64,000 bases of DNA from Selaginella moellendorffii. Taxonomy: Eukaryota > Plantae > Lycopodiophyta. A model generated the notes under the pieces. It worked only from the letters and a program-made list of their open reading frames with translations, searched no databases and was not told the DNA's origin. The position numbers were made by a program, and so were the translations under genes. The DNA lies in assembly GCF_000143415.4 (NCBI RefSeq), contig NW_003314367.1:248001-312000 (forward strand). The letters run 5' to 3'. Each line of letters begins with the position of its first letter. The stretch's first letter is position 1. Shown here piece by piece: positions 1 through 11,706 of this stretch.

Positions 1-634
1 GCTTTCTGATCTTCTCGAGCTGCGCTCGTCGCCATCGCTGTTCTCCGCCATCAAACCCCACGATGTGCTGTCTGGACTGATTGGCAAACGCTGCTTCTGC
101 TCGGTGATGAACGATTCCGCTTCCAGTAAGAGAACGCTGCTCCTGGCGGCTTCAAATCTCCCGGGATAGCAGTAGTCGTCCCTGTCCCTTCCGTGGAGGA
201 AAAACGCTAGAGATCCGTCAGGAAGGCCGATGATCTCAAACACCGGACCCCAGAGCAACCCGCAATCCATTCCTCGAGGGGTGGTATGATTCGGCAGCCC
301 ACCACCGAAAGAAATCCCCAAGTAACATAGATTAAGTTCCCCAGCTCCGGATTCTGATGCACCCAAATACCCACCAGATTCCTCACCCGTTGATGAATCT
401 GAACAGCGCCTTCTGCGACTGCATCCCATGCCTCTAAGTGCTCAAGTCGATGTAGTCCTCCGCTTCTTCTTCTCTAACCAGCCTTTGGCACTGCGGGAAC
501 CAGAGCTTATCAGAGCTGCAGACGTCTCGAAGCTTGCAAGAAGTGTGACAGACGCGGCTGGATGTCAACCCGAACATATCGTCCAGAAGATCAGTCAACA
601 AGCCGTCGTGATCTCCCATCGAGGAAAAAAACAA
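1..634 (-). pseudogene. F-box protein pseudogene (At5g39450-like family), copy 1; runs off the window edge
   Basis: F-box motif LLTDLLDDMFGLTSSR, then GIWVHQNPELG and LLWGPVFEII..DGSL.FFLHGRD in shifted frames. Deletions relative to the copies at 21977 and 46363. Confidence 0.8.
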
Positions 635-1954
635 GCTCCTCGATCACGCATCAAAGGTAACATTATCAGAGGTAACAGCAGCGGCAGAAGCAGAATCCAT
701 ATCTACAAAACGCACACAGTAGTCAGCAGCTGAGCTTGAGAATCGGCATAAAGAAAAGAAAAACAAGAACAAAACCATCTGTGTGTCGATTTCCTTCCTC
801 AGTTTTTGCAGGACCTACCTAGGGAGTAGTCGCAGCTCGGCAGGCGAGGATGCAAGAGAAACCCGCCAGGCATTAAACATGATTCGACGAGAAATTCCAA
901 AGTTGACTACACTACAAACATTGAATAGCAGTTGTTTAATCGCCCTATTTGCAACTGCTGCTTCAGAAAACACACCTGGCGGTGGAACGCAAAGGTCTGG
1001 ATTGCATTCCAAAAACTCCGCTCTGAGAGGGGCAGAGAAATGAATCGGATCAGATCAAGGAGAAGAAGAAGAGAAGATCAACTCAATCACCTACGTGCCG
1101 TGAAGCGCTTCGATGCTGCTGGAATAGAGCCCTAGACAAAACCACCAAACACTAGCGACGACGAGCTAGAGAAGAGCTCCTGTTGCTGATGAAAAAGAAA
1201 ATGTTTTCAAGTCTGTCCGCTTGGCCTAAGCACCAAAAAAAACAAAGCAAAAAAAGAAAACAAAACGATCATCAAAACGACCCACCACATCAAACAGGAC
1301 CAAATGCAATTGCTGAGGGAGGCGAAGACGACTCGGGCGGAGGCAGGAGTAAATGGGGGAGCTTAGTGCTCTATACTGCAGCTGTTAAGCTTCAGGCAAT
1401 TAAAATCAAAGATTCCGTGGCTCCCACGAAACGAGAAGCAAAGTCATGAGCAGCACAAAAGAGCACGTAGATACAGACGAAAACAAAGAAAAAAAGAAAC
1501 CATCGTTTTAGATGATACGATCAGCACTTGTCAAGTCTCACTCAGACGAGCAGACAAAAACTTCACGGAATCAGAGGGGAATGATTTCGCATGAGAATCA
1601 GGCAGGCTGCATGCACGAGAGAGAAGTGTATGATCAAGAAACAAGAAAAAGTGGGAAAGGAAAGTACCTCGAGTCGGAAATCTCCCTCACAAGCAGCCGA
1701 ACATTTTGCGAACTCATTTCAGCTTGCTGCAAGCAGAAATGAATTCGAAGGTTTGCCGTGAACGTCTTTGACACTCCAACGAGCTCAGCTCCCTCACAAG
1801 CAGCGCAACGATTTGCGACTACGAGTGCCATGAACGTCTTTGACACACTGCGTTGTTGAATTCGAAGGAGGCAGCACAGCGAATCTGTTTCAGCTATGAG
1901 ACACACTGTTAACATCAAGACGGCTCAACCGTTTCAGGACAAAAATCATTCATA

Positions 1955-3350
1955 CCTCTGTGCATTCAAAGCATCAACGAGTCATGTTGAAAACCATTGC
2001 CCGAATTGACACTCCAACCTCACTCAGTGCCGACATTCCTTGAGCAGAGCGAAAAGCTCATCCGTAGTCTGTTTAAATGCGTGATCTTCAGCCGCGGGAC
2101 CTCGGAAATCTGGAATCTGGTACCAGAAAGGTCAGTAGCAGATCACCAGCAAATGTACAGTTCCTACACTCTGAGCTTGGCGCTTGAGCAACGGTGGTAG
2201 GATATCGAGTTCTGGAATGAATCTGCAAAGCCAAAACCTTCTGAAGCTGAAAACAGACTAAAGGCAGAAACAGAAATATCTCACGATTCGGCCAGACCTG
2301 CAGTGCAAACGTCCCTCTCTTTTCTTCCTCTTACGACCCTTTGTAAGCCATGCAGGAAATCTGAGTTTATCTTCCATCTGCAAAACACATATCGTAGAAT
2401 ATCCGAACAAGGTTATTAAAGCTTACAGCATCGAACGCTCCCTCCTCCCTTGCAGAACAGATGAACTGCAGATCACATACCAGTACATACCAGTACATCA
2501 GTTGAGAAGTTGCATGTCATACCAGGTCAGAGCCAGAACTGCACAAAGTAAGTTTGTGAGCTCCCATGTCCGATACTTGTGCATGCTTTTGCTGGTCATG
2601 TCTCCAACGTAAAGGTAATCCGAAGCTTTTGAAATAGAATCCATGATAAACGCTTCCTTTCAGTTAGCAGGCTTGTAGCTGATGTAGTTTTCCTGACAGA
2701 AACAAGATAGACAAAAAAAAGGTCGAAATTGTTGTCTTACCTGAACAAGGAGTGCAACAAACTCGAAATCTTCAAGTATGAGATTGATGCGAGCTTGAAG
2801 AGGTTGGTTCGTCCGAGTGCCTAATTCAGCGCACAAGCTTAAGAACAACGTGTGGTAGTAGTAGTCGTAATGCTGTGTTCGGATTCTTACCTGTCTACGA
2901 CAGCGAACGAACTCGGCATACTATCTTTCGCATCTAGTTTCCTGTTTACGGGATTTCCAGCACACAGATACTGCAGACTTCAGTGATCAGAAAGAAACAC
3001 AGATTGGAAATACCACCAGGTACGACACCTGCATCTGAAGCAAACTCTGTCGAACATTCCGTTGAGCGCTGTCTACAAGCAATTTCAGAAATTCCTGAAC
3101 CAAAGCTTTTGTCAGCAGCTCGTGAATCGCACCAAGCTACCTTATCCACAAGCACGTTTTCTTGCTCCTGAACGCCGAAAAGCAATTTCAAGATCTGAAG
3201 AATAAACAGCGTTACCAGACGTATCGTTTGTTTTGGGTTTCTGGAACTTGAGCTCGACACAGTAATCCGCAAGATTGCGGATGCGCTTGTGATATCTGTC
3301 ATTACATATGCAAATGACTGGAAGTTTGGCCCGTCTTACTAAATCAGATC
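1955..3350 (-). pseudogene. RFC1: Divergent replication factor C subunit 1-like gene, 3' part (end of AAA+ domain plus RFC1 C-terminal domain), multi-exon
   Basis: Exons read AKLPVICICNDRYHKRIRNLADYCVELKFQKP; EFLKLLVDSAQRNVRQSLLQMQ; ARINLILEDFEFVALLVQ|ENYISYKP; ISKASDYLYVGD..KYRTWEL; RFPAWLTK. These are collinear with RFC1 motifs (PIICICNDRY, GDIRxAxNxLQ, PLLIQENY, FxxWLGK). In-frame TGA at ~2660; the 5' part is replaced by BRWD sequence. Confidence 0.75.
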
Positions 3351-4590
3351 GCCGTGTGGCCACGAAGTATTGCAACCGGAACACCATCTGGTAATCCCCA
3401 CTAAAGGCAGAAGCGAAATAAATCAAAAGAAGAAACAAAAACACAACAAAGGAATACTTACAACACGGATGGAGGAATCGTTAGAAGCTGATGCAACTAG
3501 AGTGTTCGAACTACTTACAGACAAATCGGTTATATCCCCCTAAAAGCCAGGTTTTAAGCACAATATTCGAAACGGATGCAGAAAATAGTACCCCGTGTCC
3601 TCTACAGCTACGAAGGCAAAGTCTATTTTCTACGGACCATATCTTCACAAGCCGGTCGTCCGAGCCAGTGACAAGATACCGTCCAGTACGATAAAAAACG
3701 GCTGCATGTTTATCGCTTCGTTAATAGGTCTTGAAAATCAAAAAGAAAAGAAACACGTACCACAATATACCGCATTACGATGACCCCTTAGCACCTGGAT
3801 GATTCTTATTCTGTTCACCAGTACAGATGGCTTGATGATAACATGTTTCACAGTCCGTGTGGATGGCGGTCTGTGATGCTTTGCAAATCCACCACCAAGT
3901 TCACGGAACGCGAGAGCATGAACTTGGTCAGCTTGCCAATGCGGCCATCGCATTTGTTCTATTCTCTTGGTAGAGATACTAGTAGCATTGCTTTGCTCCG
4001 CTGTATGAAGTTTGCTCGGATCAGCAACGGCAAGATTCGAAAAGTACACGGCTTACATTCCAAAAGCGAGAATGCTCCTGACCCCAAAAGCGTAGGAACG
4101 TCAGCGGCAGTCAATTGCTTGGGAACTTTCGCATCAAGCAAGGACGCGGACTTGTCGTGAACAAGTAGTTGCTGCAAGAGCTTAACCAAGTGGTTGTTGT
4201 CAACGTTCTTATATCTGAAATTCGAAAAAAAAAATATCCATCCTTTTGTCAGCAAGACAAACCAAAAAAACAAAGAACTTAGCGACACACAATACCTCTC
4301 GGCAACTTGCGCGTAGCTGAGTGGGAACGACAAACCATCGTCATTCTCGTCGGCGGGGGGCGTTCCATTCCTGATGGTACCTCCGGGGCAAGAGCTTGTG
4401 CTGTAGGAGCTCGTTCCAGAGCTGGTCAGTGGCTCTCTCATAAGGGCCTCTCCTCAGGAAGTGCATGATAACTTCCCCAACTTGATCTCCTCGTCTTGTT
4501 CATGCAGGTGATGATTAGCTCCAACATCAGACCGTAAAGCCACCTACGTTAGTCAGTCTGCACGAGAGGTTAGCTAAGCTGCATGAAGAT
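3351..4590 (-). pseudogene. BRWD/PHIP-like gene, 5' fragment (type A)
   Basis: HFLRRGP..LWNELLQHKLLPRRY, LSFPLSY..VAERY, HLVKLLQQLL, VPTLLGSGAFSLL, LRGHRNAVYC and the first WD40 repeats. Truncated at 3351. Confidence 0.85.
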
Positions 4591-4916
4591 TGCACCCGAG
4601 TCTACTTGAAGACAGAAAACTTGAAAGCTTCGATTGAATGTTCCGTTACCATACAAAGCATTTGAACCCAGTGACTATATGCAATATCCGCAGCTCCAAA
4701 GGACCTCCTGAATAAATAGTTACACTCATCCACCTACAAGGAAGTACCAATTAGACAATGCCAGGCCACGTTCATGTCTATGTTCTTGCCCGGAAAAGGA
4801 CTTACTATCAGAAGCTCACAACATATGAGCCTTTTTATTTCGAAGAACGAAGATCCGAATCAGAAAAAAAATTCCTGAGAAAAAAAAAGAACAGCTTTGT
4901 CATTTCTATGAATCAA

Positions 4917-5530
4917 CTACTGATCATTGAACCAGCAGGAGCGCCACTTACCCACCACTGTGCTCTTTGCACACGACTTGACCAAGCCATCCAAACCCTG
5001 ATCCAGTATTTTAAAAGCCGCACAACGTATTTTGGAGGCTGGGTTGTGATCTCGATTGCTGATGTTTCTGCGACTTAACAAATGCTTACCTGATAGAGGG
5101 ATGTGGAACAGTCGATCATGACTTGGTTGTGGGCTGCTATAAAATCCTGGAGCAGGAATGGGATCCATTCGTGCAGCAGTGAGGGAGGATTTGCAAGCGA
5201 TCCATGGTGCATTGAAGGAGGATGTGGTTGCCATGGCTAGAGCAGTGAATGTTGCGGTTATGCGTGCTGCAATCAAGGAGGACCTCCAGGCACTTCATGA
5301 CACAGTGAAGGAACCACAGCAACATCTTCCTTTATGGCACTATGGATTATTGGCAAATCCTCCCTCACTGCCGCACGAATGCCAGAGGCCATCACCTGGA
5401 GATTCTCAGTCACAGCTCCCATTCCTGCACGCATGGCAGATGCCAGCACCAGCACACAAGCTGTGGTCACGATGCACAGCACACTGATCACAATGGTGCT
5501 AACAAGCACCATCGCAATCAGAAACTCCAT
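4917..5530 (-). pseudogene. TM-CC orphan gene type A, copy disrupted by an internal 165-bp inversion (5148-5312)
   Basis: N-terminus MEFLIAMVLVSTIVISVLCIVTTACVLVLASA is on the minus strand, while the repeat block MGSIRAAVREDLQAIHGALKED..TVKE is on the plus strand. Compare the intact copy at 46732-47350. Confidence 0.85.
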
Positions 5531-5986
5531 TGGTAGGGTTTGCAGCAAAACCTTAGTAAAATCGAGAACGAAATAAGGTTTGCAACAGCTATGAAAGACG
5601 CAAATGACACTCTTACCAGAAGTTCGAGCCGCCTGCCCTATCTTCGCAAGAACCCTAAGCTAACGGTCGCTTTATCTTACATACAATGGGCCACTGGCCA
5701 CTTTCTTGGTGGGCCGCCATTCGTACAGTGGTCTGGCGGGAACTCGAGTTCCTTGTGCCACGATCAGTGGATTCTCGCGATTTCTATCAGTACACGGGCT
5801 CGATGACAAGAGGAGGAGGAAGAGGAGGAGGAAGAGGAGAAGGATGGCACTCCATCTCCTCGACTTCTTTCATCCTCATGGTTTTCCATCCTCGGACTGA
5901 TCTCGTGTTTGACAATGTAGATGGATGTGTAAGGAAAATGTTTCTTTTCTTCGTTAACTAAGACCTCGAGAAAATTCTTACAAAGC

Positions 5987-8900
5987 TCACATTTGCAGTG
6001 CCTCAGAGAAGCGTTCTCTCAGCCGCTCCACCTTGAGCACCGACGAATGCTGCTTCCCAAAATATGTCCGGAAGTTGTCGATCAGTATCCTAAGATCGTG
6101 TGACACCGCCATCACGCTACGCTACGATAATAGTTGTTCTCCAGCCGCTCGCGAATCACGTCCATGGAGATTGGCAGCGCAATCCTGCATTGTTTGAAAA
6201 CCTTTAGCTTCTTTCTCAATCGCAAGAGATTTTTCCAACTTGCCTGTCAAGAAAATCCGGCTTGCTCACGGCCTGCTGCAACCTCCACAAGCCATACTCG
6301 TCCTGTGAAAAGCAAAAGCTCGTCAAGCCAAGACCAAAACCAAAACATTCCTCGAGTCTATGATCGATCGCACAAAAACAAACCTTGGATTGGTTCGAGT
6401 GGAGCACCTCGTCCACGATGTCGAGCAGCTCACGCACCTTGTCCTGCTCGATCTGTGGCGACTCCCAAGTTAAAGGATTCTCAACGTCGTGAAGCTCCCA
6501 GGGGCAGTGGTTCGTCGTCGATGGCTCGTCCTTGTACAGCACACTGATGCTGTCCCTGGGGCTGTTTGGAAACTCGGGCGACTTTCCCTTCACCTGAGTT
6601 ATCGTCCCTTCCCACCAGCGACCACCTTCTTCCTCGTCCGACCTCCACCACACTTGGCACTTGTCCCGACTGGACCACTTCCTGGCCATGGAGGCCTCGT
6701 AGCGGCTTCTCTCCACTATAAAGTCGGCGAAGTCTGTCAGCTCCGGCAAGTCGACGCTGAAGCTGCTGCCGCGAATCCTGTACCCGTCCATAAACTCAAG
6801 AGTCAGCCGGCAACAAGTGTTCCCCGACACTTCGAGAATGATGTACTCCAGTCCAGTGATCTCGCAGAACTCGACCACTTGCAGTTCCCTTTTCACGCTT
6901 CTCCAGGGACCATCGTCGTCGAGCCGCTTGTTGTCTAAGTAGTCTTGATGTCCCTGCGATCGACAGTTTCAATTCAAACATAATTCAAGACAAGCTCGTT
7001 GGATCTCTTACCTGTCGGAAGTACACCACCTCATCACCATACTGTGGGATGTAGCGCGTCCGCTCCACCTCTGTCAAGAGTAACCAGGACACGTTGCTCG
7101 GACTCCGATGCACCGTGCTCAGGTTTCTCCTCACGTGGAAATCCTTGTACCTCGACCCAACGTTCTTCTGCAGCTTCACTTTAAGTCTGCTCGAAGTTCT
7201 TCTTTCGGGCTTTCGGCGTCCATCGTCGTCGCTGCTTCTATCCCAGTCCGAGTCGTCGTAAGACGAGCTAGCTTCCCAGTGTGAGGGACGGCCGACGTTT
7301 CTCCTGCTTCTTGTGGACCTGCTGTTGGAGAGACTAACCACGCGACCCTGCGCCAGCCGTGTACTTCTCCTGCGGCCACCTGAAGCGTGCTCGTCGGCCT
7401 CATAACACTCGGTCTTAGTCGCAACTTTGCGAGGCCTTCTCCTTGAGTAGACGGCCTTGTTCATATTGCGCTTCATTTGTATATCGTCCACGTCCAGGTC
7501 CTCACTTGCCTGCTCTTCCTCGGGCTTGTAAGCATCCTCCAGCGACTCACTGTTACTGCCTGGTGAAACCTCTTCGTGGTAATCAGGGTCATTGTCACCA
7601 TCTGGAGCTTCTCCATTCTGTAAGGACTCAATGACAGTCATCCAGAAACAGATGGTTTTATCGCGGACGAGAATCCCACTGAAGCTGTTTCGTCTGACGA
7701 CAAACAGGGATACATATGGAAGAAGGGGAAAGCAGCCAAGCGTGCTCGCATGCCTTATCACAGCAGCAGCAGCTCGGAAGAGGATAAACTGGTAGACGTT
7801 CCTTGTGATACCAAGGAAGGTCTTGAAGCGACTCGTGTAGAAAATGGAGACACAAAGGTGGTGGCAAGGGCGATCATTAGCGAGTCCGAGTCGGAGAGGT
7901 CTCTTTCAGCTGACTACCTTGACGAACAGCAGAGACGAGAGCAGAATCACACTCTTATGAGCAATAGCCTCGGCCACGGGGACTTTAGAAGTGCCTTGTT
8001 CTGGTATTTCGAGGCTCTGAAAAGTATCCTCGTTGTTGGACGTTTGTGCACAGTTTCTCAACTTGAGTACTAACTTTCGCTGAGACCTTGGCCGCCTGCA
8101 TTTACCCACGTCCGAAGTCTCTGCGGGACTCTTCTTCAGAGGTTCATCGTCTTCACGTTCCTGAGTTTCTGTAAGAACTTTCCCGTTGCGTAGAAGCCTC
8201 TGGTTCTCGTTCTCTCCAGATGTACCAGGTCTTTTGGCATCCTCAGCGGCCAGGCGGCGTGCTCCGTCGTCTTCGTACTCATGTAAGCTCGAAAACATGG
8301 TCAAGGCATTCCAAGCTGCCATCCTCATAGGCCTCAATGCATGGTCCGTGTTTGACTTTCTTATCAGACCTCAATATCTGTGTTTCCTCTCTCCTTTAGT
8401 TTCCTCATCGGCATCAAAAGTGCATTGTATGACTCCTCCAAGCGCCAGCGCTTTTGCTTCCTGACCAAGGTCGCAAGTATCTGTAATGGATTATCAGAAA
8501 CACAAAAACTTCACGTACATACCTCTCTCCTTCTTTGGGTACGAACCACTTCAGAATCTAATTCGTCATTTTCTTTGTCGGTTGTTTCTGATTCACAGAT
8601 CGTACCACTTTCTTCATTTCCATCCTCGTCACTCAAGAAACTGGGATAAAGAAGTCACCGGCTTGAGTGACGAGTCTGGTTCTGACTACTGCGCGAGCGA
8701 AGAAAGCTCTCCGCCGGTTGTTCTACCCATCTGTTGCCTTGCTTGTTTGTTTGCTCAATCGCTTGCAGAGAAGAAACTGAGGCTTATCCTGAGGAATGAA
8801 AGCTGGATCATCAAACGTTCCCACTGCGAGCTGAACTGATGGTGGTTGCCAGTAGCAACCTAGGAGTCCCAGACGACGTTGCTGGTACGAGCTTTGATAA

Positions 8901-10910
8901 GGTTCTGGATAGGGAATCAAGCCTGAAAATGAAACAGAAAAATAAGTTGGCCGAGGTAAGAAGTCACCAGCTTACTTGCATCGCACAAGAGATCTTGAAG
9001 ATTCCTTTGATGAGGAGGCAACCGAGTTTCCTGTTAAAGAAAGACATTCAGTTCGCACAAGAATAATACCGGACAGGAACAACACTCAGGACTAAAACTA
9101 AATAAAAGCACTTACATCATTTTATTTGACTGATCGAGAACGTTTCCATCCAAGAAAAAACTAGAAAAAACAAAAATAATAAATAATAAATGCAAAAACA
9201 ACAAGCTATTGGATGAAAGATAAAAAGCAAAATCTTCCTGATACCTGATCGTATTACGCACCTTCGTCGTCTTGACTACCAACGAGGTTCCATCCCTGAA
9301 AATTAGCAAACGTGAAATCCAGGATAAATGGATATGAGAGCAAGCATACGGTGAAAATTGTCATCGACAAGATTATAATCTCCAGTCTCATATGTTCTTA
9401 CTGGATGGCCCTGCCAAATCTAAAACAATCAAGTGATATTCGTCATCATTCTTTTGAGCGAACACACTTACATCCCAGACAGTACCTCTGCCATCGTAGC
9501 CCGGACTCATTGCAATATGAGGATTGCATGGATGTACATCTGGCACGTAAGTCTCGGCAATCTGCACATCCGTGTTATTCCATGAGAGCCCCATAAGATG
9601 TCTTTACCTTGTCATCCTTGAAAAAGTCGACGGAAGAAACTTTGATTGGCTCTGCACAACCACTGGAACAAAGGACGATTGATGTCAACAAAGACGCGAA
9701 CCTGAACTGCATGTAGTTAACTTCTTGCGTCCCAAACCTGTTCAAACAATTGCTAGAAATATAAACAGTCCACTTTTAATGCTTACCCTGGCAAGCTTGT
9801 CCGAATTCCCAGTGACGAAATATGATCCATCTGCATTAAACGCACAGAACTGAATCTGATTCGTAGCCTGTGCTCCATTCTCAGCTCCTGCAGCTGGAAA
9901 CAAGCTTTTAGAAGACCAGAAAAACATCGGCAGACTCTTTACATTCGGGCTCGCCATCCGGCTTCGGCATGTAGACACGTGAATTGACAGAGGTTCCGTC
10001 TTCAGGTCGGGGACTAAACTTGATGGCCGTTACGTGGTCACGAAGTGTTGCAACCGGAACACCATCTGGTAATCCACTAAAGGCAGAAGCAAAACGAATC
10101 AAAACAAAAAACAGGAGGAATCGTCAGAAGCTGATGCAACTAAAGTGGAGGTTCCTACTCTTTCGGGATCAGGAGCATTCTCGCTTTTGGAATGTAAGCC
10201 TTGTCTTTTCGAATATTGCGGTTGCTGATCCGAGCAAACTACTGGCAGCGAGCAAAGAAATGCTACAAGTATCTCTACGAAGCGAATAGAACAAATGCAT
10301 TGGCAAGCTGACCACATGCTCTCGAACTTGGTGGTGGATTTGCAATGCATCGCAATAGAAAATAGGCTTCGCCTTTGTAGCTGCGGAGGTTTGGACTATG
10401 CAAGAACTTGGCTGGCTGGCTGGTTTCGATTACTGTGCTTAAAAACCTGGCTTTTTTGTGGGAGGTAGCCGATTTGTCTGTAAGTAGTTCGAACGCGGCG
10501 GTTAATTGCTTGGACACTTTCGCATCACGCGAACACGCAGTTGCTGCAAGAGCTTGTTGCCAACGTTCTTACACCTGCAAATCATCTTCTTGTCAACATG
10601 GAAAACCAATAAAGAGCTTCGCGACACACAGTACCTCGGCAACTTGCGCCTCGCTGAGTGGGAACGACAAACATCGTCATTTTCATCAGCGGTGGGCGTC
10701 CCATTCCTGGAGAAAAATTCAAGGTACCTCCGGGGCAAGAACTTGTGCTGTAGGAACTCGTTCCAGGGCTGGCCAGTGGCTCTCTCGCAAGGGCCGCGAC
10801 TCAGGAAATGCATGATAAAGAAATGGAGATCACCTCGATCTCCTCGTTCAGCTCTCTATGTTTCAGGTCCAGTGAGTCTGCACGAGCCGTCAGCTAAGCT
10901 GCATGAACCC
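5987..10910 (-). pseudogene. BRWD/PHIP-like gene type B, unit 1 (many deletions, three micro-inversions)
   Basis: WD40 fragments; MIPYPEPYQS.YQQRRLG; YIPQYGDEVVYFRQ; Tudor-like WWEGTI..HCPWEL; bromodomain PISMDVIRERLENNYYR (5-bp duplication at ~6120). Confidence 0.9.
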
Positions 10911-11215
10911 GAGTCTACTTGAAGACAGAAAACTTGAAAGCTTTGATTGAATCGTGTTCCGTTATCATACAAAGCAATTGAAGTGTACCCAGTGAAATCC
11001 GGGTCTGCTGAATAAACAGTTACACTGATCCACCTACAAGGAAGTACTATTAGACACTGCCAAGCCACGTCCATGTCTATGTTCTTGCCCGGAAAAGACT
11101 TACTATCAGAAGCTCAAGACATGAGTCATTTTATTTCGAGGAAACGAAGATCCGAATCAGAAGCTTTTTCCCTGTCGAAAAACAAAATAGTTTTGTCGAA
11201 CTTCCTATGAATCAA

Positions 11216-11650
11216 CTACTGATCACTGAACATGGTCAGCAGCAGCAGCGCCACTTCTGTGCGGTTTGCACACCACTGGATGATCAAGCAAATAATTTCA
11301 AGATTCGCACAAGCCAGAACTTCACAAATGCTTACCGGATTAGCTTGGCCCTGGGCTGCCTCAGCTCGCAGAGCATTTCGCAGCATCCTCAGTTCCTCCC
11401 TCAAGGCACCAAAATCCTGTATCACCTGCCTGAGGCTGGGAAGGTCCGCCTTGAGAACTCCACGGAGAGCCTGCAGATCCTCCTTGAGAGCTCCACGGAG
11501 AGCCTGTAGATCCTCCTTCGCTGCTCCCCTGGTTGAAGAAGCCATGGTAATGACGCTCTTGGGGAGGAGGTTGATGATGAGCATGGTTGCAACGCAAGTT
11601 GCCGCAATGACAACACAAGCACCCGCGACCGCCACAATCACAACATCCAT
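11216..11650 (-). CDS. TM-CC orphan protein type B (N-terminal hydrophobic helix plus 11-aa repeats KEDLQALRGAL), unit 1
   Basis: Open 144-codon frame. Probable in-frame 60-nt intron (donor gtaag after ANP at ~11335) would give ~124 aa. The ORF is open in all three units. Confidence 0.6.
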   Translation of the reverse strand: MDVVIVAVAGACVVIAATCVATMLIINLLPKSVITMASSTRGAAKEDLQALRGALKEDLQALRGVLKADLPSLRQVIQDFGALREELRMLRNALRAEAAQGQANPVSICEVLACANLEIICLIIQWCANRTEVALLLLTMFSDQ

Positions 11651-11706
11651 GGAAGCTGCGGAGACGACGAACCCTAGATTTTACATGGAGGGAAAATTTG
11701 CTCACC

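Noticed and set aside
690-1950. Exon-like stretches with GT-AG boundaries and short imperfect direct repeats (1680-1870) between F-box copy 1 and the RFC1-like gene
   Set aside because: No consistent reading frame or recognisable family, and stops are present. It may be another decayed gene but cannot be called.
3142-3444. ORF suggesting a functional BRWD-RFC1 fusion protein
   Set aside because: Its BRWD part is intron plus the wrong frame; the true BRWD frame stops immediately after the junction.
6489-6938. 149-aa plus-strand ORF recurring in five places
   Set aside because: Antisense shadow of the BRWD Tudor-region exon; recurrence reflects recent duplication.
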